A stretch of DNA of 64,000 bases from an uncultured bacterium (lineage in GTDB: Bacteria > Verrucomicrobiota > Verrucomicrobiia > Limisphaerales > UBA8199): the NCBI GenBank assembly GCA_963749495.1, contig CAVVMW010000010.1, positions 288,001 through 352,000 of the forward strand, given 5' to 3'. Made by a program: the position numbers and the translations under genes. Shown here piece by piece: positions 10,712 through 21,317 of the stretch. The notes beneath the pieces are model-generated. The model had not been told where the DNA came from. It saw only the letters and a list, made by a program, of their open reading frames with translations, and searched no databases. Each line of letters starts with the position of its first letter. The first letter of the stretch is position 1.

Positions 10712-12579
10712 CCTGGCGCCCGCGCAACAGTTGGTGACGGGGCAGGGCAAGCTGGTCGGGTATTACGGCGCGCCAAACCAAACGAATGTGCAATGGCTGC
10801 TGAAGGGAAAGGTGACCGGGCAGACCAACAACGCGGTGTTCTTCACCGATGCGGAGTTGCAGACGCAGACGGTGCAGGGGGAGCGGGAGCTGGGAGTGCA
10901 GTCGCCCCAATGCGCGCTGGACCGGCGGCAGCACACAGTGAGTTCGCCCGGCTCGGTGCGCGCTGAACTGGGCGGGGGGAAGTTCACGATCGAGGGAAAG
11001 GGCTTTCTGTGGCGGGAGACCAACTCGGACCTCATCATCTCCAACAACGTCCGCTCGGTGCTGGCCCCCGAGTTGCTCGGGCGCGCCTCCGCCAATCGAG
11101 CCCCCCAGCCAGGAGCCGGTCTATATCCTCTCGCGCCAGTTCGATTACTCAACCAACTCCGGCCTGGCGGTCTGGCGCGGAGACGTGCGGGTCATGGGAG
11201 AGGACCCGCACCTGGCGCTGACCGGGGGCGTCTTGAGGGCGGTCCTCAAACAGAACCCGCGCCGGCTCGAAGGCATCGCCGCCCAACAGGATGTGAGCGT
11301 CGATTACGCCGGCTTCCAGGCGGCGGGCCAAGACGCCGTTTATTCGGCTGATACCGGCCGGGTGCGGGTGTCGGGCGAGCCGAGTTGGCGCGCCCAGCAG
11401 CAGGAGGGCAAGGCCGATGAATTGATCCTCCAGTGGACCAACCGGGTCCTGGAGGCCAACGGGCACGGCCAGCTCAAGATGCCCGGCCAGGGGCTGGGCC
11501 TGGCCGGTTTGTCCTCGGGCGGCGGTTCGGCTTGGACGCCCTCCGCGACGAAGCCCCCTGCGCCCGCAGCCCGCGACCAGGTCCTGGAGGTCCTTTCGGA
11601 GAGTTACACAGTCTGGACGAATCGGGCGGAGTTTCGCGACCGGGTGCAAGTCACTCAACGGGCCGACGGCCAGGTCCAGGGGACGATGAGTTGCGGTCTG
11701 CTGGCCGTGGCATTCAAGGAGACCAACCAGTTGGACCGGTTGACGGCCCAGCGCCAGGTCGTCCTCCGGCAGCAGCAGTGGCAGTTCACAGCAGACACGG
11801 CGGTGTATGAGGGCGCCAGCGGGGTGATGGAGTTGACCGGGGAGCCGAAGTGGCAGGCGGGCGAGCGCGCGGGCCGCGGGGATGTGATAACCCTGTCGAG
11901 CAAACCGGAGGGGATGCAGGTGCGGGGCAATGCCTTCATGCGGATGCCGGCGGAGCAGTTCGCGCAGGCTGTGGCCGTGAACCGCCGGGGGCCGGGCCGC
12001 GCCGCCGCCGCCCTTTCCGGCGCCGCCAAACCGCCGGCCCAGGCCCCACGCCAGCCTGCCCTCTCCACGCCCGCAGCGACCAATCAGCCCTTTGCGGACA
12101 TCCGGGCCCAGCAATACAGCGTCACCCCCGAAGGCGCGATCTTTGAGGGGCAAGTCAGCGTCACCCATCCGCAGATGCATTGGACGTGCCAGAGGCTGGA
12201 GGTGGAATGGCTCGACTCGGGAATGAGGCGGCGCGTCCTGGCCGAGGGCGGGGTGAGGTTCGAAGTGATCGGGGCCGGGGAACAAAGGCTGCTGGGGGAC
12301 GGGGATCGAGCCGATTACACGTTTTGGGTGGCCGAGGGCGCGACCAACGAGTTAATGGTCCTGTATGGAAACCCTGCCCGGCTCAGAGTCAGGGCCGCCG
12401 CGCTCGACTCGAAACAGGGAGCGCCGGCCCAGGAGCGGGGCACGCTCGAGACCCCGGTGATTACCCTGGACCGCGTTCATTCGCGGATTATCACCTCGAC
12501 CAACTATGCGATTCAGATCGCGGCCCAGCCCATGAACACGAACGCCTTCCGGCTGCCGAAAAACAAGCTCTTCAGATAA
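10605..12579 (+). CDS. LptC/LptA (OstA-like) multi-repeat LPS transport protein (frameshift near 11110-11190)
   Basis: Beta-rich repeats in ORFs 10605 and 11185, N-terminal hydrophobic segment, position between kdsA and lptB. Confidence 0.7.
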
Positions 12580-13328
12580 TGCCAAGCCAGATGATGCCAA
12601 CTCCAGTCCCGCTGCTGACGACCGAGAAGCTGGTCAAGGAATATCGGCACCGGCGGGTCGTCAACGGGGTCTCGATTACCGTGGCGGCCGGGGAGATCGT
12701 CGGTCTGCTGGGTCCCAACGGCGCCGGCAAGACGACGACCTTCAACATGGTGGTGGGGGTCATCAAGCCGGGCGGCGGCCGGGTGAAATTCCAGCAGCAC
12801 GACATCACAGGGCTGCCGATGCACCGGCGCTCGAGGCTGGGGATCGGCTACCTCACCCAGGAACCCTCGATCTTCCGCAAGCTCACGGTGGAACAGAACA
12901 TCCTGGCCATACTGGAGACCTGCCGGATGAAACGGCAGGAGCGGATGGTGCGCCTCAAGTACTTGCTGGAAGAACTGGACCTGGGCGGGCTGGCCCGGAA
13001 CAAGGCCTACACCTTGAGCGGGGGAGAAAAACGGCGGCTCGAAATCACCCGCGCCCTGGTGACCAGCCCCAAGCTGCTGTTGCTGGACGAGCCCTTCAGC
13101 GGCATCGACCCCATCGCCGTTTACGAGGTCCAGAAGATCGTGCGGCGGTTGCGCGAGCGCGGCCTGGGCATCCTCATCACCGACCATAACGTGCAGGCCA
13201 CCCTCAAACTGGTGGATCGCGCCTACCTCATTCACAAGGGCGAGGTCGTCTATGAAGGCGCCGCCGAGCAATTGGTCCACGACCCCAAGGCGCGGGAGAT
13301 CTATCTCGGTCCGGAATTCAACCTCTGA
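12579..13328 (+). CDS. lptB: LPS export ABC transporter ATP-binding protein
   Basis: GLLGPNGAGKTT, LSGGEKRRLEI, LLDEPFSGIDP, LITDHNV; ATG overlaps the upstream stop. Confidence 0.95.
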   Translation: MPSQMMPTPVPLLTTEKLVKEYRHRRVVNGVSITVAAGEIVGLLGPNGAGKTTTFNMVVGVIKPGGGRVKFQQHDITGLPMHRRSRLGIGYLTQEPSIFRKLTVEQNILAILETCRMKRQERMVRLKYLLEELDLGGLARNKAYTLSGGEKRRLEITRALVTSPKLLLLDEPFSGIDPIAVYEVQKIVRRLRERGLGILITDHNVQATLKLVDRAYLIHKGEVVYEGAAEQLVHDPKAREIYLGPEFNL

Positions 13329-13340
13329 AAAGCTCATCCG

Positions 13341-14287
13341 ATGCAACGTGAAACCGCAACAGTCGAGGCATTTTACACCAACCACGCCGGCGGCCTGGAT
13401 TTGAACCTCCTGGCCGGGGCCGGCGGCTCAAGCGGGTGATTCGCGAGCCGACGGTCAACCGGCCGGGGCTGGTGCTCTCCGGGTTCACCCGTTATTTTGC
13501 CTTCAAGCGGGTGCAGGTGATCGGCAACGCCGAGGCCTATTTTCTCAAATCACTGCCCGAGGAGGAGCGGGTCAGGCGTTACCAGACCTTTTTCGCTTAC
13601 AAACTCCCGTGCGTGGTCTTCTCGCGCAACCTGCACCCGGACAAGCAATTCCTGGCGGTAGCCGAGAAGGCCGCCGTCCCGATTTTCCGGTGCTCGCTGG
13701 TGACGATGAAGTTCATCAACCTGGCCACTCTGGCGTTGGAGATGATGTTCGCCCCGCACGGCACGGAGATGGGCAGCATGGTGGACATCCTGGGGGTAGG
13801 GGTGATCCTCCGGGGCGAGAGCGGCATCGGCAAGAGCGAGAGCGTGCTGGCGTTGATCGAGCGGGGCTACAGCCTGGTGGCCGATGACGTCACCAAGGTG
13901 ATGCTGGTGGATGGCCGCGAGGTCGTGGGCACCAGCTCCGAGGTCACTCGCAATCACATGGAGGTCCGCGGCATCGGCATCATCAACGTCGCCGCCATGT
14001 TCGGCGTCCGCTGCATCCGCCAGGAAAAACGCGTGGACCTGGTCATCACCTTGCGCTCGTGGAACGAGGTCCCGGACGTGGACCGGCTGGGGATGGAGCA
14101 GGAATTTGTCAAGGTGCTCGGCATCGATGTCCCGCACATCACCATCCCGGTGCGGCCCGGCCGCGACCTGGCCCGCCTCATCGAAGTGGCCGCCTTCCAG
14201 ACCAAGCTCAAGTCCGCCGGCTATAACCCCGCCAAGGAACTCAACGACCGGCTCATCTCACGCATGACGGCTGCCGCCAAGTTGTAG
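13341..14287 (+). CDS. hprK: HPr kinase/phosphorylase (frameshift near 13427)
   Basis: GESGIGKSE, LVADD, HMEVRGIGII, PVRPGRD. N-terminus MQRETATVEAFY from 13341 is in another frame. Confidence 0.93.
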
Positions 14288-14587
14288 GGCGCCGCACCGG
14301 GCAGACCCCTCACCCCGGCCCTCTCCCCTATCGGCTATGACACGCCTCTCCCTCCCCCCGTCGGACGCAAAAGGGGCGAGGGAGGAGTCTGGGTAGCCGC
14401 TTGAGGAAGCGGACGGGCCTGGGAGTTCCAGAGACTGCCGACACCTCTCCCTCTCCCCGTCGGACGGGGAGAGGGCCGGGGTGAGGGGTCTGCCGTAGAA
14501 TTCATTGGCAAAAGTCTCCCGCGTCGGTTACTTGTAATGGGAGACTGAATGACTGCAAAGAGACTGGCCGATAACAGCGGTTCAACC

Positions 14588-14851
14588 ATGACGAAAGATT
14601 TCCTGGTGTCGAACAAGCTGGGCATCCATGCCCGGCCGGCCGCCATGTTCGTCAAGACCGCCAATCGGTTCAGTTGTGAGATCTTCGTCGAGAAAGACGG
14701 GGAAAGGGTCAACGGCAAGAGTATTATGGGCCTGATGATGCTGGCGGCGGGCCCGGGCAGCAAACTCACCGTCCACGCCAACGGCCAGGACGCCTCCCAG
14801 GCGCTGGCCGAGTTGGAGACACTCATGAGGCGGAAATTCGACGAGGAATGA
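14588..14851 (+). CDS. ptsH: Phosphocarrier protein HPr
   Basis: NKLGIHARPA, VNGKSIMGLMML. Confidence 0.95.
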   Translation: MTKDFLVSNKLGIHARPAAMFVKTANRFSCEIFVEKDGERVNGKSIMGLMMLAAGPGSKLTVHANGQDASQALAELETLMRRKFDEE

Positions 14852-14867
14852 GACGCGCATGGATTCC

Positions 14868-15155
14868 ATGGCACCTGCAGAGATCGATGTGAAGTACGTG
14901 GCGCACCTGGCGCGGCTCGCGCTCTCCCCGGCCGAAGAGCAGAAGCTGGGCGCGCAGTTGGGCCAGGTCCTGGGCTACATCGAGAAATTGAAGGAGGTCG
15001 ATGTGACCGGCGTCGAGCCCACCGCGCACGCCTTTCCGCTGGTCAATGTGACCCGCCCCGACGAGGTCCGTCCCTCGATGCCCCACCAGGACGCCCTCCG
15101 CAACGCCCCCGCCCACGCCAACGGCCTGTTCATCGTCCCCAAGATCGTCGAGTAG
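14868..15155 (+). CDS. gatC: Asp/Glu-tRNA amidotransferase subunit C
   Basis: VAHLARL, VTGVEPT, LRNAP...F.VPKIVE. Confidence 0.93.
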   Translation: MAPAEIDVKYVAHLARLALSPAEEQKLGAQLGQVLGYIEKLKEVDVTGVEPTAHAFPLVNVTRPDEVRPSMPHQDALRNAPAHANGLFIVPKIVE

Positions 15156-15160
15156 CAAGT

Positions 15161-15348
15161 GGCTCATCGTGGTCATGCCTTATCGCGGCAGCGCGACAGA
15201 CCAGGTGGTGAGAATTCGGGGATTGGCGGAAGCGCCCTTTCCCATGGACCTGCTGGTCTGGAAGCTTGGTCGGATGCGCCGGAGGGACAGCTTCACACGG
15301 ACGGTCCTCAACGAAGGCAGGGTCATGTATGAAGGCTGCCGCGCGTGA
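15161..15348 (+). pseudogene. Remnant of an MNT nucleotidyltransferase (C-terminal half) with overlapping first codons of a probable HEPN gene
   Basis: Hand translation LIVVMPYRGSATDQVVRIRGLAEAPFPMDLLVW...DSFTRTVLNEGRVMYEG; overlapping ATG gives MKAAARE. Confidence 0.55.
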
Positions 15349-15385
15349 GCCTCGGCCTGCCACGCACTTAGAGCCGGTTGCAGAA

Positions 15386-15613
15386 TTAACCGCAAAGAGC
15401 GCAGAGATCGCAAAGAAATGCCTCCATTGCAGGCCCTTTGTGTTCTCTGTACCGCAACAGTCCAAATTGCTCGCAGCCTGCGAGGATTCTTACCACGGAT
15501 TTCACGGATGACACGGATTCTTCTCTATCCGTGCTATCGGTGTAATCCGTGGTCAATTCGACTTTTGGTTGCGGCTTTGCCGCCCTGTGGTCTTTGCGTT
15601 CTCTGCGGTTAAA
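15386..15613. repeat. Nested palindromes: ttaaccgca...tgcggttaa outer element enclosing a cacggat/atccgtg element; inner family also at 24520-24644
   Basis: Inverted termini and period-9 cacggat units read directly. Confidence 0.8.
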
Positions 15614-15627
15614 TTGCTTCTTCCCGG

Positions 15628-16989
15628 TCAGAACTCGGCGCTGCCGGGCGTGCGGGCGAAGGGGATGACGTCGCGGATGTTGGGGATGCCGGTCAGGAAC
15701 ATGAGGAGGCGCTCGAAGCCCAGGCCGAAGCCGGCGTGAGGGACGGTGCCGAAGCGGCGCAGGTCGATATACCACCAGTAGTCCTCGGGCCTGAGCTTGT
15801 GGAGCCTCATGTTCTCGTGGAGTTGCTCCAGGCGCTCCTCGCGCTGCGCGCCGCCGATGACCTCGCCGATGCCCGGCACCAGCACGTCCATGGCCGACAC
15901 GGTCCGGCCGTCCTCGTTGAGCCGCATGTAGAACGGCTTGATCTCGCGCGGGTAGTTGAACACCGTCACGGGCGATTTGAAATGCTCTTCGGTGAGGAAC
16001 CGCTCGTGCTCGGACTGGAGGTTCTGGCCGTAATCAACCGGGAACTCGAACTGTTTGCCGGAGCGCTTGAGGACCTCGATGGCGTCGGCATAGGGAACGC
16101 GGATGAAGGGGCGTTCGATAACGAAGCTGAGGCGCTCCGGGAGGGCCTTGTCCACGAACCGGGTGAACAGGGCGAGGTCTTCGGCGCACTGTTCCCGGGC
16201 ATATCTGGCCATGGCCTTGATGAACTCCTCGCCCAGGTCCATGTCCGCCTGCAGGTCGCAAAAGGCCATCTCCGGCTCGATCATCCAGAACTCGGCGGCG
16301 TGGCGGGCGGTGTTCGAGTTCTCGGCGCGGAAGGTCGGGCCGAAGGTGTAGATGTTGGACAGGGCGCAGGCGAAGGTCTCGCCCTCGAGTTGGCCGCTGA
16401 CGGTCAGGTAGGTGGGGCGTCCGAAGAAATCGGCCTCCGGCTTGTCGCCCGGCTGGCCTTTGAGGGTGGTGACGCGGAACATCTCGCCGGCCCCTTCGCA
16501 ATCGCTGGCGGTGATAATGGGGGTGTGGACATAAACGAAATCGCGCTGCTGGAAGAACTGGTGCACCGCGAAGGCCAGGCGGCTGCGGACGCGGAAGACC
16601 GCCCCGTAAAGGTTCGAGCGCGGGCGCAAGTGGGCGATGGTCCGCAGGAACTCCGCGCTGTGCCCCTTTTTCTGGAGCGGATAGGCGGGGTCCGCCGCGC
16701 CCACCAACTCGACCCGCGTGGCGCGCAACTCCCACTTCTGGCCCGCCGCCGGCGAGGGCACCAGCTTGCCCTCGATTGCCGCCGACGCCCCGGTGGCCAG
16801 CTTGGGCAGGTGCTCCGCGCCAGGCGTGGACGCGTCCACCACCACCTGCAGGTTTGCCAGGCACGAGCCGTCATTGACCTCCAGAAACGAGAACCCCTTG
16901 GCATCGCGCCGGGTGCGGACCCAACCTTTGACCGCCACGCCCTCCTGGGGCGCGGCCGAGGCCAGAACATGTTTGATGAGCGTGCGCAT
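15628..16989 (-). CDS. asnS: Asparagine--tRNA ligase
   Basis: [37 protein letters not shown]. Confidence 0.97.
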   Translation of the reverse strand: MRTLIKHVLASAAPQEGVAVKGWVRTRRDAKGFSFLEVNDGSCLANLQVVVDASTPGAEHLPKLATGASAAIEGKLVPSPAAGQKWELRATRVELVGAADPAYPLQKKGHSAEFLRTIAHLRPRSNLYGAVFRVRSRLAFAVHQFFQQRDFVYVHTPIITASDCEGAGEMFRVTTLKGQPGDKPEADFFGRPTYLTVSGQLEGETFACALSNIYTFGPTFRAENSNTARHAAEFWMIEPEMAFCDLQADMDLGEEFIKAMARYAREQCAEDLALFTRFVDKALPERLSFVIERPFIRVPYADAIEVLKRSGKQFEFPVDYGQNLQSEHERFLTEEHFKSPVTVFNYPREIKPFYMRLNEDGRTVSAMDVLVPGIGEVIGGAQREERLEQLHENMRLHKLRPEDYWWYIDLRRFGTVPHAGFGLGFERLLMFLTGIPNIRDVIPFARTPGSAEF

Positions 16990-17744
16990 AGGAAATCGAA
17001 CCGCCGCCGCCTGACTCGGCCCGGGCGGCTCCATCGCTGCCCAAATCGATCCGCAGCCAATCTTGGCGAACGAGACCGCCTCCGCAAGGGAAAATCCCAA
17101 CGCCCGAAATCCCAAATCCTCAACCGGAGCAGCCTGAACCAAGAGGCAGAAAGACCTTTGGCAGAAAGATGGGGGCAGGAAAATGAAAGAAAAGCCGGCG
17201 TGCCGGGCTGTTTCTCCTGCGGCGGAAGCGGAAAGCACGCGGCGCAGGCTGGAGCCCGGACATGGAGCAGCATAGCACGTCGGCCATGGTTTGGCGCGAT
17301 AGTGCTGGAATGCCGTGCTGGCTGCGTCGCGTAGCGACGCAGTGAAGGTAGCCGTGGACCTCGGTCCACGGTTCGGGGCGAGGGAATGGTCACGCGTCGC
17401 GTAGCGACGCCTGAGAGTGTCGCGCTTTTCAGGCGTCGCTACGCGACGCGGTCGAGCTTGGGCCACGGGTCCGTGGACTGAAGTCCACGGCTACCATCGG
17501 GCACCGCTACGCGGTGAGCCGGAGGCAGCGCGGTGCGTCGCGTAGCGACGCAGTGAAGGTAGCCGTGGACCTCGGTCCACGGTTCGGGGCGAGGGAATGG
17601 TCACGCGTCGCGTAGCGACGCCTGACGGCTGGCGCGGTTACGTCGAACGGAGCTTTCCGGCGTCGCTACGCGACGCCGCTGAGGCTCGGCCGCTGGTCCG
17701 TGGACTGGAAGTCCACGGCTACCCTCAGGCACCGCTACGCGGTG

Positions 17745-18212
17745 CTATCTCTCCACTCCGAACTTAAGAATGGTTGTGGAGTGGAAGACCTGGCCGGGGC
17801 GCAGGACGGTGGAGGGGAACTGGGGTTTGTTGGGCGAATCGGGGAAGTGCTGGGTTTCGAGGCAAATCCCGGCGTGTTGGGGGTAGGGGTAGCCGTTGGG
17901 GCCCTCGATGGAGCCTGTGGGGAAGTTGGCGCTGTAGATCTGAGTGACGTTGTCCAGGCGCCCGTTCCGGTCCGGTGTCTCGACCGAGCAGAGGATAGCG
18001 CCGTAAGTCATGACCTTGACCCGGACGCCATCGGGATTGCCGAGGGTGTAGAGCTCGACGGCTTGGCCGTCCTGGGTCTTGCCGAAGGGGGCCTGGCTGA
18101 TGCTCAAGGCGGCCGCACCGGCATCCGGCGCCCGCTCGGCGGCCCAGGCGGCACCCGCGCCGGCAAATGCGAGCAGGGCCATCGCTCCCAGCAGAGGAAA
18201 TCGCGCGTTCAT
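17745..18212 (-). pseudogene. Aldose 1-epimerase (GalM family) with large in-frame internal deletion
   Basis: N-terminal TYGAIL.SVETPDRNG.LDNV is joined directly to C-terminal QIYSANF...CLETQHFPDSPN; the central part is absent. Confidence 0.8.
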
Positions 18213-18549
18213 ACGGCGCATCCTGGCCCAACGGCCCGCGCCGATCAAGAACGGAGCGTGGCGGCATCGCCTGGCCGCATTTCGTGAGAACCCGTGAACT
18301 GGAAACGCGGAGAGGGAGGCGGAAAAATGGGGGCAGAAAAATGAAAAAGAAATTCATTTTTCTGCCCCCATCTTTCTGCCTGAACCCCTTCGGATTTGGG
18401 GTATTAGGGTCTGGCCTGACAGCTCTGGCGATTGTGTTGGCGGCGAGGCGGGCCACTACCCGGGAGCGGGGCTGCGAAGCACTGGAAATCCGAATCTGGC
18501 AGAAAGCTGATTTGGCAGAAAAATGGGGTCTTCCTGTTCTTCGGCCGCC

Positions 18550-19566
18550 TCAATTATTCTGTCCAGCGGCAGCGGCGGCGCGGGCCTTGGCCAGGAGGTC
18601 TTTGACCGACACCGGCGCTCCACCCTGGCGCTTGCTCGCATCCGCCGCTTCCATGAACGCAACCATTTCGATGGTTTCCTGGGCGCTGACCGGCGCCTGG
18701 CGGGTCTTGAAGAACCGCGCTATCTCCAGGCAGAGCTCCTCGTAGCCGTCCGAGTTGCCCGCCGGCACAATCGACTTGGTCCCGAATGCCACGGCGCCGA
18801 ATTCCTCCTTGTTGCGCAGCAGGCCGCGATAGGTCCCCACCCGCCCATCGGTCCAGACCCCGGTCAGGAGGTCCGCGTCGCCTGCATGGATGCGGGCGAC
18901 CGTTTCGCAGCCGGTGCCCATCAGGACGTAGAGCATCTCGATGCCGTGGATGCCGTAATAGAACATGTCCGGAAGCCCCTCCTGGTAGTGGCAAGAGCCC
19001 CAGGTATCGGCGCCGGCTATCCGGCCCAGGGCCTGGTTCTGCTTCAACTCGCGCAGGCTCGGGCTGAAGCGGAGCGACGAACTGGAGAAGCAGGGGACCC
19101 CCTGTTTCTGGGCCAGGTCGTAAATGGCAATCGCGTCCGCAAGCGAGCCGGCCACCGGTTTATCGATGAACAACGGCTTGCCGGCCCGGATCACCGGGAG
19201 GGCCTCCTGGCGGTGGATGCGGCCATCCACACTCTCGAGCAAGACCACGTCCACCTTCTCCAGCAACTTGGGGATTGAATCCACTATCTCGATGCCCATG
19301 CCGCGGAGGTCCTGGGTGAACCTTCCCACCCGGTTGCGGCTGTCCGGCAGGTCCGTCCCGCCGGGGTAGCCGACGACGACCTTGATGGCGGCCAGTTCGC
19401 TGCCCGGCTTGGCGTTGTTGAAGAGCTTGGCAAACGTCGGCACGTGCGAGGTGTCCAGCCCAATCATCCCCGCGCGCAGTGGCGCGCCGGGCGGCTCTTG
19501 AGCAGTGACAACCTGGAAGAGACAGAGATTTAATCCGGCCAGGATTCCATAGAGAGGCAAGTTCAT
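18550..19566 (-). CDS. Gfo/Idh/MocA family oxidoreductase (secreted)
   Basis: GMIGLDTSH, LESVDGRIH, FIDKP, YYGIHGIE. Confidence 0.85.
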   Translation of the reverse strand: MNLPLYGILAGLNLCLFQVVTAQEPPGAPLRAGMIGLDTSHVPTFAKLFNNAKPGSELAAIKVVVGYPGGTDLPDSRNRVGRFTQDLRGMGIEIVDSIPKLLEKVDVVLLESVDGRIHRQEALPVIRAGKPLFIDKPVAGSLADAIAIYDLAQKQGVPCFSSSSLRFSPSLRELKQNQALGRIAGADTWGSCHYQEGLPDMFYYGIHGIEMLYVLMGTGCETVARIHAGDADLLTGVWTDGRVGTYRGLLRNKEEFGAVAFGTKSIVPAGNSDGYEELCLEIARFFKTRQAPVSAQETIEMVAFMEAADASKRQGGAPVSVKDLLAKARAAAAAGQNN

Positions 19567-19892
19567 AGTCAGTGTGTGTCAATGCTTGACGGTTTGGCGG
19601 GCCGGCGTATTCAGGTAAGGCATCAGCGAAGGCGGGAGCGACTGCGGGCGGACCCCTCACCCCAGCCCTCTCCCCATCGGATGGGGAGAGGGAGAATTCT
19701 CGGTAGCGTTTTGAGGAAGCGGTGGCCTCTGCAATTCCCAGCCACTGCCGACGCTTCTCCCTCTCCCCTTCGGAAGGGGAGAGGGTTGGGGTGAGGGCTT
19801 CGCCGCGGACTCCGTCTCCACCTTCATGGACCGGGTGCGTGTTCAGGCTGAATGGGCTTGCCCCGTGCCTGCACTTGGTTTACGAACCGGCG

Positions 19893-21188
19893 GTGCTCTT
19901 GAAAACGATCCTCGGTTGCCTCGCCGTGTCGAGCCTTGTCTTGATGCTCTGGCAATGGCTGGTAGCGCGGCGTTTCCCGCTGCACCGGCGGGTGCCGGCG
20001 CCTTCGTTTTTCCCGGCCGTCACCCTGCTCAAGCCGCTCAAGGGGTGTGACGAGACGACCGAGTCGAGCCTGCGGAGTTGGCTGGCGCAGGAGTATCCGG
20101 GGCCGGTGCAGATGCTGTTCGGGGTGGCCGATGCGCAGGACCCGGTCTGCGAAATCGTGCGCGGCCTGCTCGAGGCCTCCCCGGCCGCCAAGGCGCGGCT
20201 GGTCGTTTGCGGCCCGCTCCAGGGAGTGAACCTCAAGGCGTCGAAGCTGGCGGAGCTCGAGCGCCTGGCGGCGCACGAGGTGCTGGTCATCAGCGACGCG
20301 GACGTGCGCGTGCCGCCGGATTGCCTGGTGAACGTCGTGGCGCCGTTGCGCGAGGCGGAGGTGGGCCTGGTGAATTGTCTCTACCGGCTGGCCAATCCCA
20401 CCACCCTGGCGATGCGCTGGGAGGCAGTGGCAACCAATGCGGATTTCTGGAGCCAGGTGCTGCAGGCCCGCAGCCTCAAGCCCCTGGACTTTGCCCTGGG
20501 CGCCGTTATTGCCACGCGGCGGCAGCAGCTCCAAGAAATCGGCGGCTTCCAGGCCCTGGCTGACTGCCTGGCCGACGATTACCAACTGGGCCACCGCATC
20601 GCCCGGCGCGGCTACCGCATCGCCCTGTCGCCCGTCGTGGCCGAGTGCTGGTCTGGGACGCTCGGCTGGGCGGCGGTCTGGAAGCACCAATTGCGCTGGG
20701 CCCGGACGATTCGCGTCTGCCAGCCGGCGCCCTACTTCCTGAGCATCCTGAGCAACCCGACCCTCTGGCCGCTGCTCTATGTGGCGGCCAATCCGACGGC
20801 CCCGGCCCTGGTCTTCGGCCTGGGCTGCTGGCTGGCGCGCATGGCGGCTGCGATGGATTTGCAAGCGAGGATTAGTCCACAGTCCACAGTCCATCCACCC
20901 TCCGTAGCAGAGCTACTGCGGAGGACGGGCAGTCCACACTCCGCGTCGGCCTCCGCCTCTCCCACTTCCGACCTCCGTCCTCCGGTCTCCGACCTCCGGC
21001 CTCCGGCCTCCGACCTCCGGCCTCCGGCCTCCGACCTCCGGCCTCCGGCCTCCGGCGCATGGCTGGTGCTGCTCAAGGACGGGCTGCAGGTCGCGATTTG
21101 GGCGCTCGCCTTCACCGGCAACCGCATCGAGTGGCGCGGCCAGAAGCTGCGGCTGCGTCGGGATGGTACGCTCGAGCAGAAAGGCTGA
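19893..21188 (+). CDS. Ceramide glucosyltransferase / HpnI-like family 2 glycosyltransferase with repeat insertion
   Basis: TLLKPLKG, ISDADVRV, LADDYQLG, HQLRWARTIR. Confidence 0.85.
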   Translation: MLLKTILGCLAVSSLVLMLWQWLVARRFPLHRRVPAPSFFPAVTLLKPLKGCDETTESSLRSWLAQEYPGPVQMLFGVADAQDPVCEIVRGLLEASPAAKARLVVCGPLQGVNLKASKLAELERLAAHEVLVISDADVRVPPDCLVNVVAPLREAEVGLVNCLYRLANPTTLAMRWEAVATNADFWSQVLQARSLKPLDFALGAVIATRRQQLQEIGGFQALADCLADDYQLGHRIARRGYRIALSPVVAECWSGTLGWAAVWKHQLRWARTIRVCQPAPYFLSILSNPTLWPLLYVAANPTAPALVFGLGCWLARMAAAMDLQARISPQSTVHPPSVAELLRRTGSPHSASASASPTSDLRPPVSDLRPPASDLRPPASDLRPPASGAWLVLLKDGLQVAIWALAFTGNRIEWRGQKLRLRRDGTLEQKG

Positions 21189-21317
21189 AGGCTAAAGGCT
21201 GAAGGCTAAAGGGAGACCCCGCGCCAGACCTGCCGTCCCTCCGGTTTCACGTTTCACGTTTCACGTTTCACTCCCCCGCCTTGGGACCTTTAGCCTTTAG
21301 CCTTTAGCCTTTAGCCT

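Noticed and set aside
13341..13440. Programmed frameshifting in hprK, dctP or the operon ATPase
   Set aside because: No consistent slippery site or stimulatory structure, and similar indels are scattered throughout the window.
17322..17744. Repeat-spacer-like pattern as a CRISPR array
   Set aside because: Units are long palindromic composites in both orientations with irregular spacing, dispersed singly elsewhere, and no cas genes are present.
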